From Macrostomum lignano (lineage: Eukaryota): a stretch of 64,000 nucleotides of DNA. The DNA lies in contig NIVC01000912.1 of NCBI GenBank assembly GCA_002269645.1, positions 7,253 through 71,252 of the forward strand, read 5' to 3'. The notes under the pieces were generated by a model. It worked only from the letters and a program-made list of their open reading frames with translations, was not told the origin of the DNA and did no database searches. Below, piece after piece: positions 1 to 19,283 of the stretch. The position numbers and the translations under genes are program-made. Numbering within the stretch: position 1 is the stretch's first letter; each line of letters starts with the position of its first letter.

Positions 1-600
1 TAGCAAGTTAAACTGAAGCATTTCAATGTACTTTTAAAGACCAGGCTTATTTATTGGCTCTTACCCCCAAGCTTAAACACTCAAACTCCACACAGAACCT
101 CTACCCCTGCCCCGCCACCCAACTTTTATTACCTTCCTCGGTTGTTCCAGCCTAAACCCGTTTTGTACATCTTAATTGCTAATGTACATTATAGCTGAGC
201 AAATTAGCAAGCTGTTTAAGTTTGCAAGCTTGACTTCTAAACTTAAGAGCGTATAAAGTCATCTCAGCTGCCTTTATTTATATAAAATAGCTTATGTATT
301 CTTCATAGCTACTGAACTGAAAGTAGAGAGCTATTTTGCTAAGTATATATGCCCGAGTGGCCAATCTATAGATTTTATAGTATCTGTGATCATAATCGAG
401 AAAGATGTAGAATATACCGTATTTCCACACATTCTCTTTAGCCTATGCAGTGGCGGTTCCAGGACTTCTTTTCTTCTTCTAGGGTGTTCAGAAGTATCTA
501 AATTTTTGAGGGAGGGGCGCCACAGAGAGGGGCCATGAGTGTCACACAATGAGACGAACGCCATGCTTGGCTATTGCTCGTAGACAGCTTTAACGCTTAC

Positions 601-1635
601 CGCGATGGCATTGAGCCGGTGCGGATGCCAGCTGTCCAGCAGAAGTGCCACCATCTCCGTGCTGCCATTGTTGACGGCAATTACCAGGCCTTCATCTTCG
701 CGTTTCGAACCGGCTTTGAGCAGTGGGCGGGCGCACTGGGCGCGGTTCATCTGCACAGCCCGGTAGAGCGGGCTTCGTCCTTCGCTGTCCAGTGCGTCCG
801 TGCGGGCACCAAAGGTTATGAGGGTGTCCACCACTTTTTCGTGGCCGCGAAAGCTTGCTAGATGCAGCGCCATTCTGGTATAAAATTATAAACTTATAGT
901 AACAGTTTTACGAGTATTAATCAGCACAGAAGTATTACGAGATATTCCATATATTGCAGTTTATTTTCTAAAGTGGAAAAATGCATTTTTTGTGTCTAAG
1001 AGCAGTGAAGAGACTGAAATTTATTTTCAATTACAAAGGGAGCTGATCATCTATAGCTATTCACTAAAATTAATTGTACTATTAACTTTAATAGAAGGAA
1101 AACAAAAACTATTGAAAGCTGTTTTATTCCTTATAATTAATTATAGGCTACATTTATCAATCCTGTAAGTTATTCTTTGAGAAGTTTGAACAATTGTTTT
1201 CTGTCAATTAAATAAAATAGATTAAATCGAGTAATAAATACTTTCCAAGCTTACTTTCCAAATAATTTAAGTAACTTTTCACCACTCTTTCAAAATACAT
1301 AAGTAAGCTTAGACAAAGAATCTTTTTTATTGTATTTTAGTCATTTCAGATGGTGATAAATAAAATGATGTCAAATGAAACGGAAACCTGCTCAAGCGAG
1401 AAAACGACCACTTAAATCAACAAAAATACTCAAAAGTGCATTACCGTTGCTCGGAATCCGGAGTATTGACATCCTGCTGAAATGTAGCAATCTTTTTGTG
1501 ATCACCAATCCATGCCGCTTTATGTATCTTGGGAAGAGACTTTTCTTTTATATCATTATAGCCACCCCCACCTTTTGCAGAACTAGATGCATTAGAGTCT
1601 TTTCCCGACTTTCCCTTTCCAAAAAGCTTCTTCAT
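601..1635 (-). CDS. Ankyrin-repeat protein, ANKRD26/POTE-like N-terminus; exons 1635-1445 and 874-601, probably continuing past the window start
   Basis: MKKLFGK...LPKIHKAAWIGD and ALHLASFRGHEKVV/SPLYRAVQ ankyrin motifs resemble the ANKRD26 start. GT donor at 1444 and AG acceptor at 876-875 join in frame (CG+A=Arg). Likely next donor GTAAGC at 600; otherwise the exon stops at 571. Confidence 0.75.
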
Positions 1636-4043
1636 TTTAATGTGTTGCTCAGCTCTGCTGCTCTTCTACATTATCAAAGTACCGTTAAAAATTTTGGAAA
1701 GTTGCAATGTTAAATTATCCACATCAAGCAAATATAAACTATTATTTTATTTGAAAGCATTGCTTATACTCGTAGGTATAATAAAGTCATGAAAACACCT
1801 TTCATTAGTTTAGCTAAACTCTTATTAAATTAGAATCAGCTGACTAAAGCGCTTAGTTTAATCGATGTAAAATCGTTAAAGTAAGTCCGGTATTGTTCAT
1901 ATAAAATAAACTAGTAAAAGTGAAATTATTCGGCACAACTGTTTAATTGTAGACTATTCTTATTAATTTTTTCAGTAAGCTATGCGGTTTAGTTTTACAG
2001 CGATGGCTAAAAAATTGACTTCTTGAGAACAATATTTTGAACGCATAAACTTTATGCTAAATGATAGTATTACTTTAATAATATTTAAAAATGAACAAAA
2101 TGGTTGCTTGGAATGATATATATATATATATGTAAAATAAATACAAAAATACAGATTACCAAATAGAGTCATAAGGCATTTATAAAAAAAACTTTATTAT
2201 GTATATGATCCAATACGTACAGTACAGTAGGTGAAATGGATCAGATGAATTGTCGAAGAAAATGGTTTGATCATTCCATGCTGTCATCTGCAATAAGTTG
2301 CTGCATAACCAACGAATATTAATATTAATTAGGTCTCTCGATTGGGAAAAAAATTCTACATTTTCTTTGAAAGTTTTTCCTTTTCTATTATAATGGCGTC
2401 ATTTTAGAGTGGATGCAAATTGTCAAAATTTGATTATTAAGAGATAAATTTGTTTGACAGAAAGCGCCACAAAGGCGTGATATGAAAGCCCAGTTCAGCA
2501 AAGTTGAGTTCAAATTGTCAATGCACGTAGCTTGATAGTTAATAGGCCTACTCAGTATTGCCAGCAACAGCAAGGAATTTTGCTGGGACGTAGCTAGGAT
2601 TTTTATCGGGTGCGTTTTTGAGGCCCTAGATTATTTCTCCAGTGCCAGTGTCGCCAAGATGTCAAACAATCTTGAGTCGATTGGGTGTGGGGACTTCGTG
2701 GCTATATAAAATATTTTATTTACTTTTTAATGATACAACTCAGACTTCTAAACTAAAAAGGTTAGGATAATTAAATAAACGACAGAGCATTTATTCATCT
2801 TAATTGAATTAATAAAGTATGGCGAGAATATGAAATTATATTTAACGTTTTTGGATTATACGCAATAAAAGCAGCTAAGATAGCAATATCGATTTGTGGA
2901 ATGCAATTTTTAATTTTTTTGTGCTTCTAGCCAAGACTCGAAGAATGGGTGCTAAAAAGAGTTTGACCTAAATTTTTGTACTGCACCATACCATAAATAT
3001 TTGGATTACACTTTGTGCTATTGTACTTGTAATAAGTTAGAAAAGCGGTTAAAATATTCACAAGTGCTATTTTTCTCATTACTCTACTTTAAGATAAAAG
3101 AAATAGAAATCCAAGATCAAATTGAAGTCAGTGTGAAACCCATATTCAACTGTCCACTATCTTTACACGAGAGGAGTGCAAACTTTGGCAGAAAATAATG
3201 CCAGGCAGGCTGGTCACTCGAACTCATTCTTGAGCCACCCTAGCAACCCTGCGTTGCTCTGGGCAGCGTCCGAGCTGCCCTGGCGCGCCGCTCCAGCTCG
3301 AGCAGCAGCACCTGCAGCCGCCGCAGTCGCAGCCAGCGAGTTGACGGCTCATCTTCCATGGGATTCCGCTTCGCCTCGTTGGACGCTGTGTCATCTGCTC
3401 CGGGGTGTTCATCCCGCAGCTCGACTCGCCGAGCTTCTTGAGAGCCAACACTGCAGCTCATTGCCTTGACTGCGCGCTGCAGGAGAAACTCGGTCTGCTC
3501 AGATTAAGGAATTTTACTGCCCCAACGCTTGGCAAGGTTGGGGCTTAAGTCTGCAAAGTGGGACAGCGGCGGCGGGGGGCGGCGGCAAGGTAACAAATGG
3601 CGGTTATCGATTTCCTCAGTTCAAATTCCCCACCCATACTTCCGTTGCGAGTTTTTAGGGAGAAATTTCCTTGCCGCCTAATGCTTCCTACCTTAGGGAT
3701 CAAGGTTTTCAGGCAGATTTTTATTGAGTGCATAAAAACCCTTGTGTGCTTCGCTCTCTTTCTTGCATTTCTCCCTGCAGATTAATCAAGGCAAACTTTC
3801 AGAGTAAGCAGGTTAGGCATGTTCCATACTTGTATAGCTCTATAAAAATCCATGAAAGGCGAAATAACTTACAGGACCATTTTTTCAAAAATCATTGCTT
3901 GAATATTCTTCTGAAAGCAGCTAGACATGTCTATTGAAATGTTATTGATTTAAAAGTGTTATTGGAAGTGTAATTCCAAGCTTTTAAAACTCCCTTCGCA
4001 AGAGTTCTTCACCCTCAACTGGAATCAATGCCAATCATTCCAG

Positions 4044-5919
4044 TTCGTGTTCGAGCCCTGCGGCCCGCACCCGGTCGGAGCGCTCGACCTGCTGACCGGG
4101 CCCGCCTCCGACAATGGCGGCGGTGTGTTGGCGCGCCTATTCTACCCCGCGCTAGCCGCGCCAGACGCCGGGCACCCCTACACGGAGCCGGAGTACGTGC
4201 GCGGCCTGCTGGCTTTCTCCAACTGGGGCTCCTGGCTGTCCGCCTTCCTCTGCTGGGGCTTCGGCCGGCTGCGCCTGAACTGCGCTTTGCAGGCCGAGCC
4301 GCTGCGGCCTGCGCAGCCTCTCCCCGTCATCATCTTCTCGCACGGCCTGGGCGCCCAGCGTCACATCTATTCGTCGCTGTGCCTGAAGCTGGCCTCGCGC
4401 GGCTTCCTAGTGGCTGCCGTTGAACACCGCGACGGCTCCGCATCGATGTCCTTCGACGTTGTCGATGGGCAACGCCGCTGGCTGCCTATGGAGGCGGGCC
4501 AGTTGAACGACTTTCCTCGGCGGCACGCGCAGGCTCGGCGGCGGGCCGGCGAGTGCCTTCAGCTGACGGAGGCCGTCTTGGCGCTGGGCAGGGGGCAGCC
4601 GCCGGTGGCCAATCGCTTGCCCGAGGAGCTGGGCGGCTGCCCCGACAGCCTGCTGGCCAGCTTCCGGGTGAGTCCTGCTGGGGGCGCTTCTGGGTGCTCA
4701 GCTTCGCGAGGTGCCAGTTCAGGTGCTTGGTGTGCCAGTTCAGGTGCTAGGTGTGCCAGTTCAGGTGCTTGGTGTGCCAGTTCAGGTGCTAGGTGTGCCA
4801 GTTCAGGTGCTAGGTGTGCCAGTTCAGGTGCTAGATGTGCCAGTTCAGGTGCTAGGTGTGCCAGTTCAGGTGCTTGGTGTGCCAGTTCAGGTGCTTAGTG
4901 TGCCAGTTCAGGTGCTAGGTGTGCTAGTTCAGGTGTTAGGTGTGCCAGTTCAGGTGCTTGGTGTGCCAATTCAAGCACCTTCGACGTCATTTTAGTTGCT
5001 ACGAATTGAGTTTTGGCGTCTGTCCACATCAATAGTCATTATTGCGGCTTTCACTCTCCGACACGGGCGCTCTTCATCTCCCAGACTGGAGGCTTTTGGT
5101 CTGAAAAAAAACTTTCCAGTTTTTATACTTTTCTTTCTTTTATCACTGCACAGGGCCTAATCGACCCGAATCGGGTTCATCTGATGGGCCACTCGTTCGG
5201 CGCCGCCATCGCATTAACGACGCTTGTCACAACGCCTGAGGCAGTGTACAAATAAGAATATTATAAATATTGGGAAAAATGGGGTGGGTGAGGAGTGGGG
5301 TGGGTAAGCAGTGGGGTGGGTGAAAATTGGGGTGGGTGAGGAGTGGGGTGGGTGAGGAGGAGTGGGGTGGGTGAGGAGTGGGGTGGGTGAGGAGTGGGGT
5401 GGGTGAGGAGTGGGGTGGGTGAGGAGTGGGGTGGGTGAGGAGTGGGGTGGGTGAGGAGGAGTGGGGTGGGTGAGGAGTGGGGTGGGTGAGGAGGAGTGGG
5501 GTGGGTGAGGAGTGGGGTGGGTGAGGAGGAGTGGGGTGGTTGAGGAGTGGGGTGGGTGAGGAGGAGTGGGGTGGGTGAGGAGTGGGGTCGGTGAGGAGTG
5601 GGGTGGGTGAGGAGTGGGGTGGGAGAGGAGTGGGGTCGGTGAGGAGTGGGGTGGGTGAGGAGTGGGGTGGGTGAGGAGTGGGGTGGGTGGGGAGTGGTAG
5701 CCGCTGCGACTATAACCGCTCGCTGCCATCTAACCACAGAACTTGCAGCCTGCTGGACATCTGGATGCACCCGGTTGACCCCGAGCACTACAACAACGTG
5801 AAGATCCCCGTGCTGTTTCTTAGCAACGAAATTTTTCACTGGGAGGCCAACGCCCAGCGGGTGCAGGCGGTGCTGGATGCCATCGAGAGCGAGGAGATGA
5901 AGGCCAACCTGAGCATCAG
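4044..5919 (+). CDS. Platelet-activating factor acetylhydrolase family (PLA2G7/PAFAH2-like); exons 4044-4667, 5154-~5251, 5740-5919; incomplete model
   Basis: GPHPVG, FSHGLG...YSSLCLKLASRGFLVAAVEHRDGSA, nucleophile elbow GHSFG and LDIWM (catalytic Asp). Canonical splice sites at 4668, 5153, 5739 and 5920. No in-frame ATG and no catalytic-His exon found. Confidence 0.85.
4711..4973 (+). repeat. 21-bp minisatellite (GGTGTGCCAGTTCAGGTGCTW), about 12 copies, PAF-AH intron
   Basis: Direct inspection; source of the ASSGARC/VPVQVLG pseudo-ORFs. Confidence 0.95.
5280..5697 (+). repeat. 16/19-bp G-rich minisatellite (GGGGTGGGTGAGGAGT), about 25 copies, PAF-AH intron
   Basis: Direct inspection. Confidence 0.95.
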
Positions 5920-5959
5920 GTACAATGTGGCATAGTGAGCTTCAAACACTCGCAACTAA

Positions 5960-6360
5960 GAATCGCACTCTCTTAAACTAAGAATCACTCTCTCACCCAA
6001 AGAATAACCTCTCACCCAAAGAACCACTCTGTCACCCTAAGAATCTGAATAATTCCTCTGTCACTCTCATTCTCAATCACTCTCACACTACGAATGACTC
6101 TCTCACACCCTAGGAATCGCCCTAACCCTACAAGAATCAGCCTCACCCTACGAAAATCGCACTCACCATACGATAAGCACTACGAGGATCACTCTCACCC
6201 TACGAGAATCACCCTAACCCTACGAGAATCATCCTAACCCTACAAGGATCATTCTCACCCTACAAAAATCACTCTCACTCTACGAGAATCACTCTCACCC
6301 TTACGAGAATCACTCTCTCCCGAAGAATCACTCTCTCTACGAGAATCACTCTCACCCAAT
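5960..6360 (+). repeat. Degenerate ~20-bp minisatellite (CTCTCACCCTACGAGAATCA)
   Basis: Direct inspection; lies between the PAF-AH donor at 5920 and the sHSP promoter. Confidence 0.85.
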
Positions 6361-6497
6361 GAATGCTTGAAGTCTGCTGGCAAATATGAAATGTTTACAT
6401 TAAAATGAATTTTAGTGAAGATTATTAACGCGCGGTTTTCGTCTACTGTAAGTAGAAATACAATAATTTTATCTTATTTTATAAAAAGACTTCTGCA

Positions 6498-6568
6498 TTT
6501 CTAGAAATTTCCAGAACCAATCCAGTGACACAAGGCTTCTAGAAACTTCCTCCGCGCAGTCTATATAA
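6498..6568 (+). promoter_or_regulatory. Heat-shock promoter: two HSEs (6498-6517, 6536-6550) and a TATA box (6562-6568)
   Basis: TTCtaGAAatTTCcaGAA (4 alternating nGAAn units), TTCtaGAAacTTC (3 units), then TATATAA about 110 nt upstream of the sHSP ATG, with an A-rich leader. Confidence 0.9.
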
Positions 6569-6676
6569 GCGCGACAGGCTGATTCTCGCAGAGTCAAGTT
6601 GCAAGTCAAGCAAACAAGCAAATTGCAAGCAAAGCAAGCAAAGCACTCGGAAACTTCACCAATCGAATTCGCCAGA

Positions 6677-7468
6677 ATGTCTCTCTGGATCGCGCCAAGC
6701 AACGTGTACACGCCGTTCTCGCACGCCCTGCCACTTGCGGCAGCCTTGAACGAGCTGGACGACTGGCTGACGCCCGAGTACGACCCGCTGGTGCAGCTGC
6801 TGCGCCACCGGGGTCCAAGGCGACCTCGGCAGTGGAGCCGGACTGTGGACCTTCGCGGCTTCTCTCCGAAGGACGTGTCGGTGAAGCGGGAGGACCGGAA
6901 GGTGCGCGTGGTGGCTCGGATCGAGAATGGCGAGGATACCACGGAGGTGAAACGGACGGTGGAGCTGCCGGAGGAGGTGGACGCTGAGAAGCTGAGCAGC
7001 GGCTTCACCCAGGACGGCATGCTAGTGCTGAAGGCGCCGCTCAAGGAGCAGCAGCTGAAACAGCAGCAGCAGGACTCGGTGTGGGACGAGCTGCGCGGCC
7101 TGCTGCGAGGCGACCTGCAGTCCGGCCAGGTGGTGGAGGCCAGCGACGGCAGCAAGCGGTTCAAGGCGGAGCTGTCGGTGCGTGAGTTCAAGCCGGACGA
7201 GATCCGCATCAAGCAGCAGGGCGACTGCGTGCGAGTCGAGGCTGAGCACAAGGACGAGTCGAACGGGCAGCGGATCCACAAGCGGCTGGAGAGAGTGTTC
7301 CAGCTGCCCGCCGGCACCAAGCTGGACCAGGTGGCCAGCAAGCTCAGCCAGGACGGCCGGCTCTGCATCGAGGCGCCGTTCGAGGCTCCGCCGGCCAAGG
7401 AGAAGCCGCAGCTCAAGAATGTACCCATGGAGATTGACAAGCCAAGTGAAGCCAATGAAGCCAAGTGA
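6677..7468 (+). CDS. Intronless small heat-shock protein, 263 aa, with two alpha-crystallin domains (flatworm p40/Tsp36 type)
   Basis: Two ACD motif sets: VDLRGFSPKDVSV...LPEEVDAEKLSSGFTQDGMLVLKAP and LSVREFKPDEIRI...FQLPAGTKLDQVASKLSQDGRLCIEAP. First ATG at 6677; the ORF-track start at 6599 is a TTG in the leader. Confidence 0.93.
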   Translation: MSLWIAPSNVYTPFSHALPLAAALNELDDWLTPEYDPLVQLLRHRGPRRPRQWSRTVDLRGFSPKDVSVKREDRKVRVVARIENGEDTTEVKRTVELPEEVDAEKLSSGFTQDGMLVLKAPLKEQQLKQQQQDSVWDELRGLLRGDLQSGQVVEASDGSKRFKAELSVREFKPDEIRIKQQGDCVRVEAEHKDESNGQRIHKRLERVFQLPAGTKLDQVASKLSQDGRLCIEAPFEAPPAKEKPQLKNVPMEIDKPSEANEAK

Positions 7469-8322
7469 TTTGACAAAGACCTTTGCTGACTAAACTGACC
7501 ATTATCCCGTGTGAAGTGCAGTGCAGTGCAGTGTGAAGTGCTTTGATGTACTATCTATTGTACTCCAGTTTCACTGATCTAGTAATCTGAAAAAGCTTTT
7601 AGTATTTGTACTGCTAGCCTACTGTATTTTTTTACCTGTATGCCATTACCGCGTGTTCCACCTGCTATAGTATTTAGTATGTTACAATGAAAGTAGCACT
7701 GACAGCATTTACTCCAGGATTTTTGATGCTGCATCAATAGCCAGCTCAGCTCAATAGCCACCCTAATGTATTCTCATAATATCATTGTTACTGATACATG
7801 TAGTAGTAAATTATTTAGTATATTCAGATTTACATTATAAATAAAAACAATATACTGTAAGCATTCGCCCTAATCTTTAAGTCACCTTGTTTAATCAGAA
7901 ATTGACGTTAATAAGAATTGGTCAGTGTCTTCTGATAAAAAATTAACATAGAATCCTAATTTTCTGAATGAAAAGCTTAATGAATATCGATAGAGCACAA
8001 CATATCAAAAGATAAACATTGGGTCTGCTTCCTATCAAAAGCAATATCAAATTTTGTGCTGAAAAAAAGAAAAATCTTATCTCCGTAATGTATTTTTTGG
8101 AAAAACCTGCTTCCTAAAATTTTTTCCAAGAAACGAGGTTTCCAGTCCTTCTACAGTTCTACTTTAGTAGTCCTTGATTAGTTCGTGAATGGGACTGTCG
8201 TAACTTTTTAAATCATTTCTTCAGTTCACTCGCCCTCTGTTTATCTCTCTGTCTCTGTTTATTCTGTTTTCTCTCCCTCTGTCATGTCTTGTTTATTCTT
8301 ATCTCTTCCCTCGCGGCCTTCT

Positions 8323-8338
8323 GATTGGCTGTCCAATC
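8323..8338. promoter_or_regulatory. Inverted CCAAT-box pair (GATTGG-ctgt-CCAATC) upstream of the NHE gene
   Basis: Motif seen directly; function inferred from position only. Confidence 0.35.
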
Positions 8339-8993
8339 TCGCCTCTTTCCTCAGTAGAGTAGCGCACTCCACCCCTCCCTTTTCTTATCTGCACTCAACC
8401 CCTTCTCCCTAATTTAATGTCTTAAGAAGTACACCCGCTTGAGCTCTGCGCCTCGCTTTTTTTTATTCCAATTAATCTATTGTAATTAAAGTAACCAAAT
8501 AATTTTAATACTTATGTCCCAATACAGGGGCTGAATGTGGCTCCAATGGCCGGTGAAGTAAATTCATTAAACTAAGATTTGAAACTTAACAATGAGCATA
8601 TTGCCGGAGTCATTAATTTGCACCTTAACTTTGAGACGCTTCGTTTGAAGACGTGATTTTGTTTGACAAGCACGGAGTTAACCAAGCGAAAATAGTATAT
8701 AATGAATTCAGATAATCATATAATTGATATAGCAGTGCTTTTATGAGCAATCATTCCTAGATCGTATTTGTCTATTGCAGACTGCAGATGATGTTTCATG
8801 ATTACTTACAATGTAAAGTTGGAGCCAAATGGGATTCGCCCAGTAATGCGACACGCAGCGGGGGTGTCCTGAGCTGGTCTTCTCGATCAGTCATCTCTCC
8901 ACCCTTAGAGTCGTCACGAGGGAGCCGCGTGCGCGTCAGACACCGGACACCCGCCGGCAGCCAACGGGAGCAGGAAGCACCGCTAGCAGTGCT

Positions 8994-16878
<7,885 letters not shown>

Positions 16879-17114
16879 AGACCGCATTTTCTGATGGGTG
16901 TCTTTCGTCTAAAGTATTGAAAAGCAGGAGTAAAGATTGTAGTTTTAGTGATGATAAAGTCGTCGAATTCGAAAAAAACAATAACTAGTATTATTTTTTC
17001 TTTGTCGTCGAGTATTAAATGAAAATGCGTTGAACGCAAAAGACCTATTTAAAATTACGTAATATATTTCGCCGACTGATTTCATAACGGGTCTTTGTTC
17101 TGCCCCACTAGTCA

Positions 17115-17176
17115 GGGGTACTAGCTCAAATGGTAGAGCATGCGAGAGGTACAGGGATCGATGCCCTGGTACTCCA
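17115..17176 (+). pseudogene. tRNA-Ala-derived gene lacking about 11 nt, including the anticodon
   Basis: Acceptor stem GGGGTAC/GTACTCC-A with G3:U70, D stem GCTC/GAGC, T arm CAGGG-ATCGATG-CCCTG, and a T7 run at 17181. 62 nt versus the usual 73. Confidence 0.85.
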
Positions 17177-17869
17177 TGAATTTTTTTACTTTTTTCTTTA
17201 ATTGTCTTATTATGTTTTTTTTCAGTAAACATTAACTGCTATTTAAGAGTTCTCAATTGAATAGTTTTCCTTATAGTAATTTTATTCTTCTATAACTACG
17301 AGCGTATAATCGATTTTAATTAAATTTCTGGTAATATTCTTGCGTTAAGCTCTACTTAAACCAAAAAAGTTTTTTACACAACATATCGGAGAAAGAGGCC
17401 ATTTTAGGTTAAATCATTTTTCGGCTATAAAATCATGGGGTTTTTAGGTTTTTGGGAAATCGAGACGAAATTTCATTCATTGATACCCCGAAAAGGGACA
17501 CTTGAGCAATGACAATGATGAGCAGCTGGTGCCGATATGTGTCGATAGTATTCAATACAACAGCAAAGGTTAGTTAAGTGTACAATGATTCTACACGCTT
17601 ATGGTTTCTATAGCAACCAAAATCGCACGCTGAGAGGCGTCGGATCAATCAAGCTCTCAAGGCTTGGCGCGCATGGGTGTGCGGGCACAGCGGAAGCTAC
17701 TTGAGTTGGATAGAAAGTTTGCTCAGCCGTTTCCAACAGGTTTTAGCCAGAGCAGGGAGTCACGAAATTCCGCCAATGAATGGCTCTAAAAATACTTTTG
17801 GGCCCAAAAACGTTTAAAGTCTGTGTTGGCTGTTTGCTGGCAGACTTTGAATTCCGGAGCTGAGTCTGC

Positions 17870-18321
17870 ATGGCTACTGAAATTGGAGAAGCATTCGACA
17901 GGCGCGAACACGAGCGACCGTCTACCGTTGGGTGAGTGTCCGAGTTGTGTCCGAGTAGACATGAATTCTCTCGTTCTTTCTGATCTTTCTGATTCTCGTT
18001 TTTCTTTCTTTCTTTCTGCAGAATAAAAAATAATAAATTCCCAGCTGTTTATTCGCAATACACACAATAACTTATGAATTGGAGATATTAGTTGTAGGAG
18101 CGTCAATTAATAGATAATTGAGTGAAGGAGATGGAAATTCTCTGGATCAATCAGCTGTCGGCCTATCACGTATAATTGGCCAATTAAGAAATTAAACGAA
18201 CAAATTAATGATTGAGTCAACCATTCAACGAATGAACCAATCAAAAAAATCTAGCAATCAATCGATCAATCAATCTATCAATCAACAAATCAATCAATCA
18301 GTAGCTCAATTAATCAACCAG

Positions 18322-18362
<41 letters not shown>

Positions 18363-18620
18363 CAATAAATCAGTCGCTCAATCAATCAATCAATGAATCG
18401 ACCAATCGATCAATCAATCAAATAACAATTTATCGATCTATCAATCAACCACATACACAGGCCGCACTCAATGCATATCCAGCCTCAGGATCATCATCAG
18501 CATCATCAGCATCAGCATCAGCATCATCATCATCAGCATCAGCAGCATCATCATCAGCATCAGCAGCATCAGCATCAGCATCAGCATCAGCATCAGCATC
18601 AGCATCAGCAGCATCATCAT

Positions 18621-18651
<31 letters not shown>

Positions 18652-19187
18652 CGCTGCCCCGACTTCTTTGCTGCCCGCCGCCCAGCCTGTGGTGTCGACG
18701 CCGCCGTCAGCGCTGCCATCTGGCGCTGTTTCTCCTGACTTTCTACACCGGCCTGGCCGCCCTGTTGGCCTCGGCAGCCGCCCTGTCGGTGCTGCTGGCG
18801 CTGCAGCATCCGCGATGGCCTGAGCGGGGTGCCGAAGCATCGCAGCAGCGGGCGGAGGTTTACCCGCTCAGTCTGCTGGGCGGCGCCGTGGCCGGTGTCG
18901 GCCTCCTGCTGGCCGCGTACGTCCTGGCCATCGACCTCCGGGGACGTCGATTGGGCGCTTTTCGACGTCGACGAAAGCGTCACCGAGAAACCGACGCCGT
19001 CAACGACAGGCGAAACGAAGTCGATAGTCGCTGGCCGCAGTCGTCGTCGTGGATGACGGACCTGAATGTCCCGTCTGCCGTTGTGGCCGACTACTATGGA
19101 GCGGCCGCGGTGACGGCGCACAGTCCGGCCATGTCCATGTCGGAGCTGAGACCGCCGGCGCCGGCAATGCCGGAACCCGTGGCTTAG
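17870..19187 (+). CDS. Orphan 262-aa protein with His/Gln-rich N-terminus and two predicted TM segments; exons 17870-17931 and 18461-19187
   Basis: gcATGG start; GTGAGT donor at 17932 and acacAG acceptor at 18460 join in frame (MATEIGE...TVG-PHSMHIQ); hydrophobic stretches LALFLLTFYTGLAALLASAAALSVLLAL and LSLLGGAVAGVGLLLAAYVLAI; CCAAT at about 17773. Confidence 0.75.
18240..18450 (+). repeat. Degenerate (AATC)n microsatellite in the intron of the orphan gene
   Basis: Direct inspection. Confidence 0.85.
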
Positions 19188-19283
19188 GGCGATGCCGGAA
19201 CCCGTGGCTTAGGGCGATGCCGGAACCCGTGGCTTAGGGCGATGCCGGAACCCGTGGCTTAGGGCGATGCCGGAACCCGTGGC
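19167..19283 (+). repeat. 25-bp tandem repeat (ATGCCGGAACCCGTGGCTTAGGGCG), 4.7 copies, spanning the stop codon
   Basis: Direct inspection. Confidence 0.95.

Noticed and set aside
6469-7476. 335-aa minus-strand ORF and other antisense ORFs over GC-rich exons (18468, 39861, 40202, 42643)
   Set aside because: Antisense shadows of real coding sequence.
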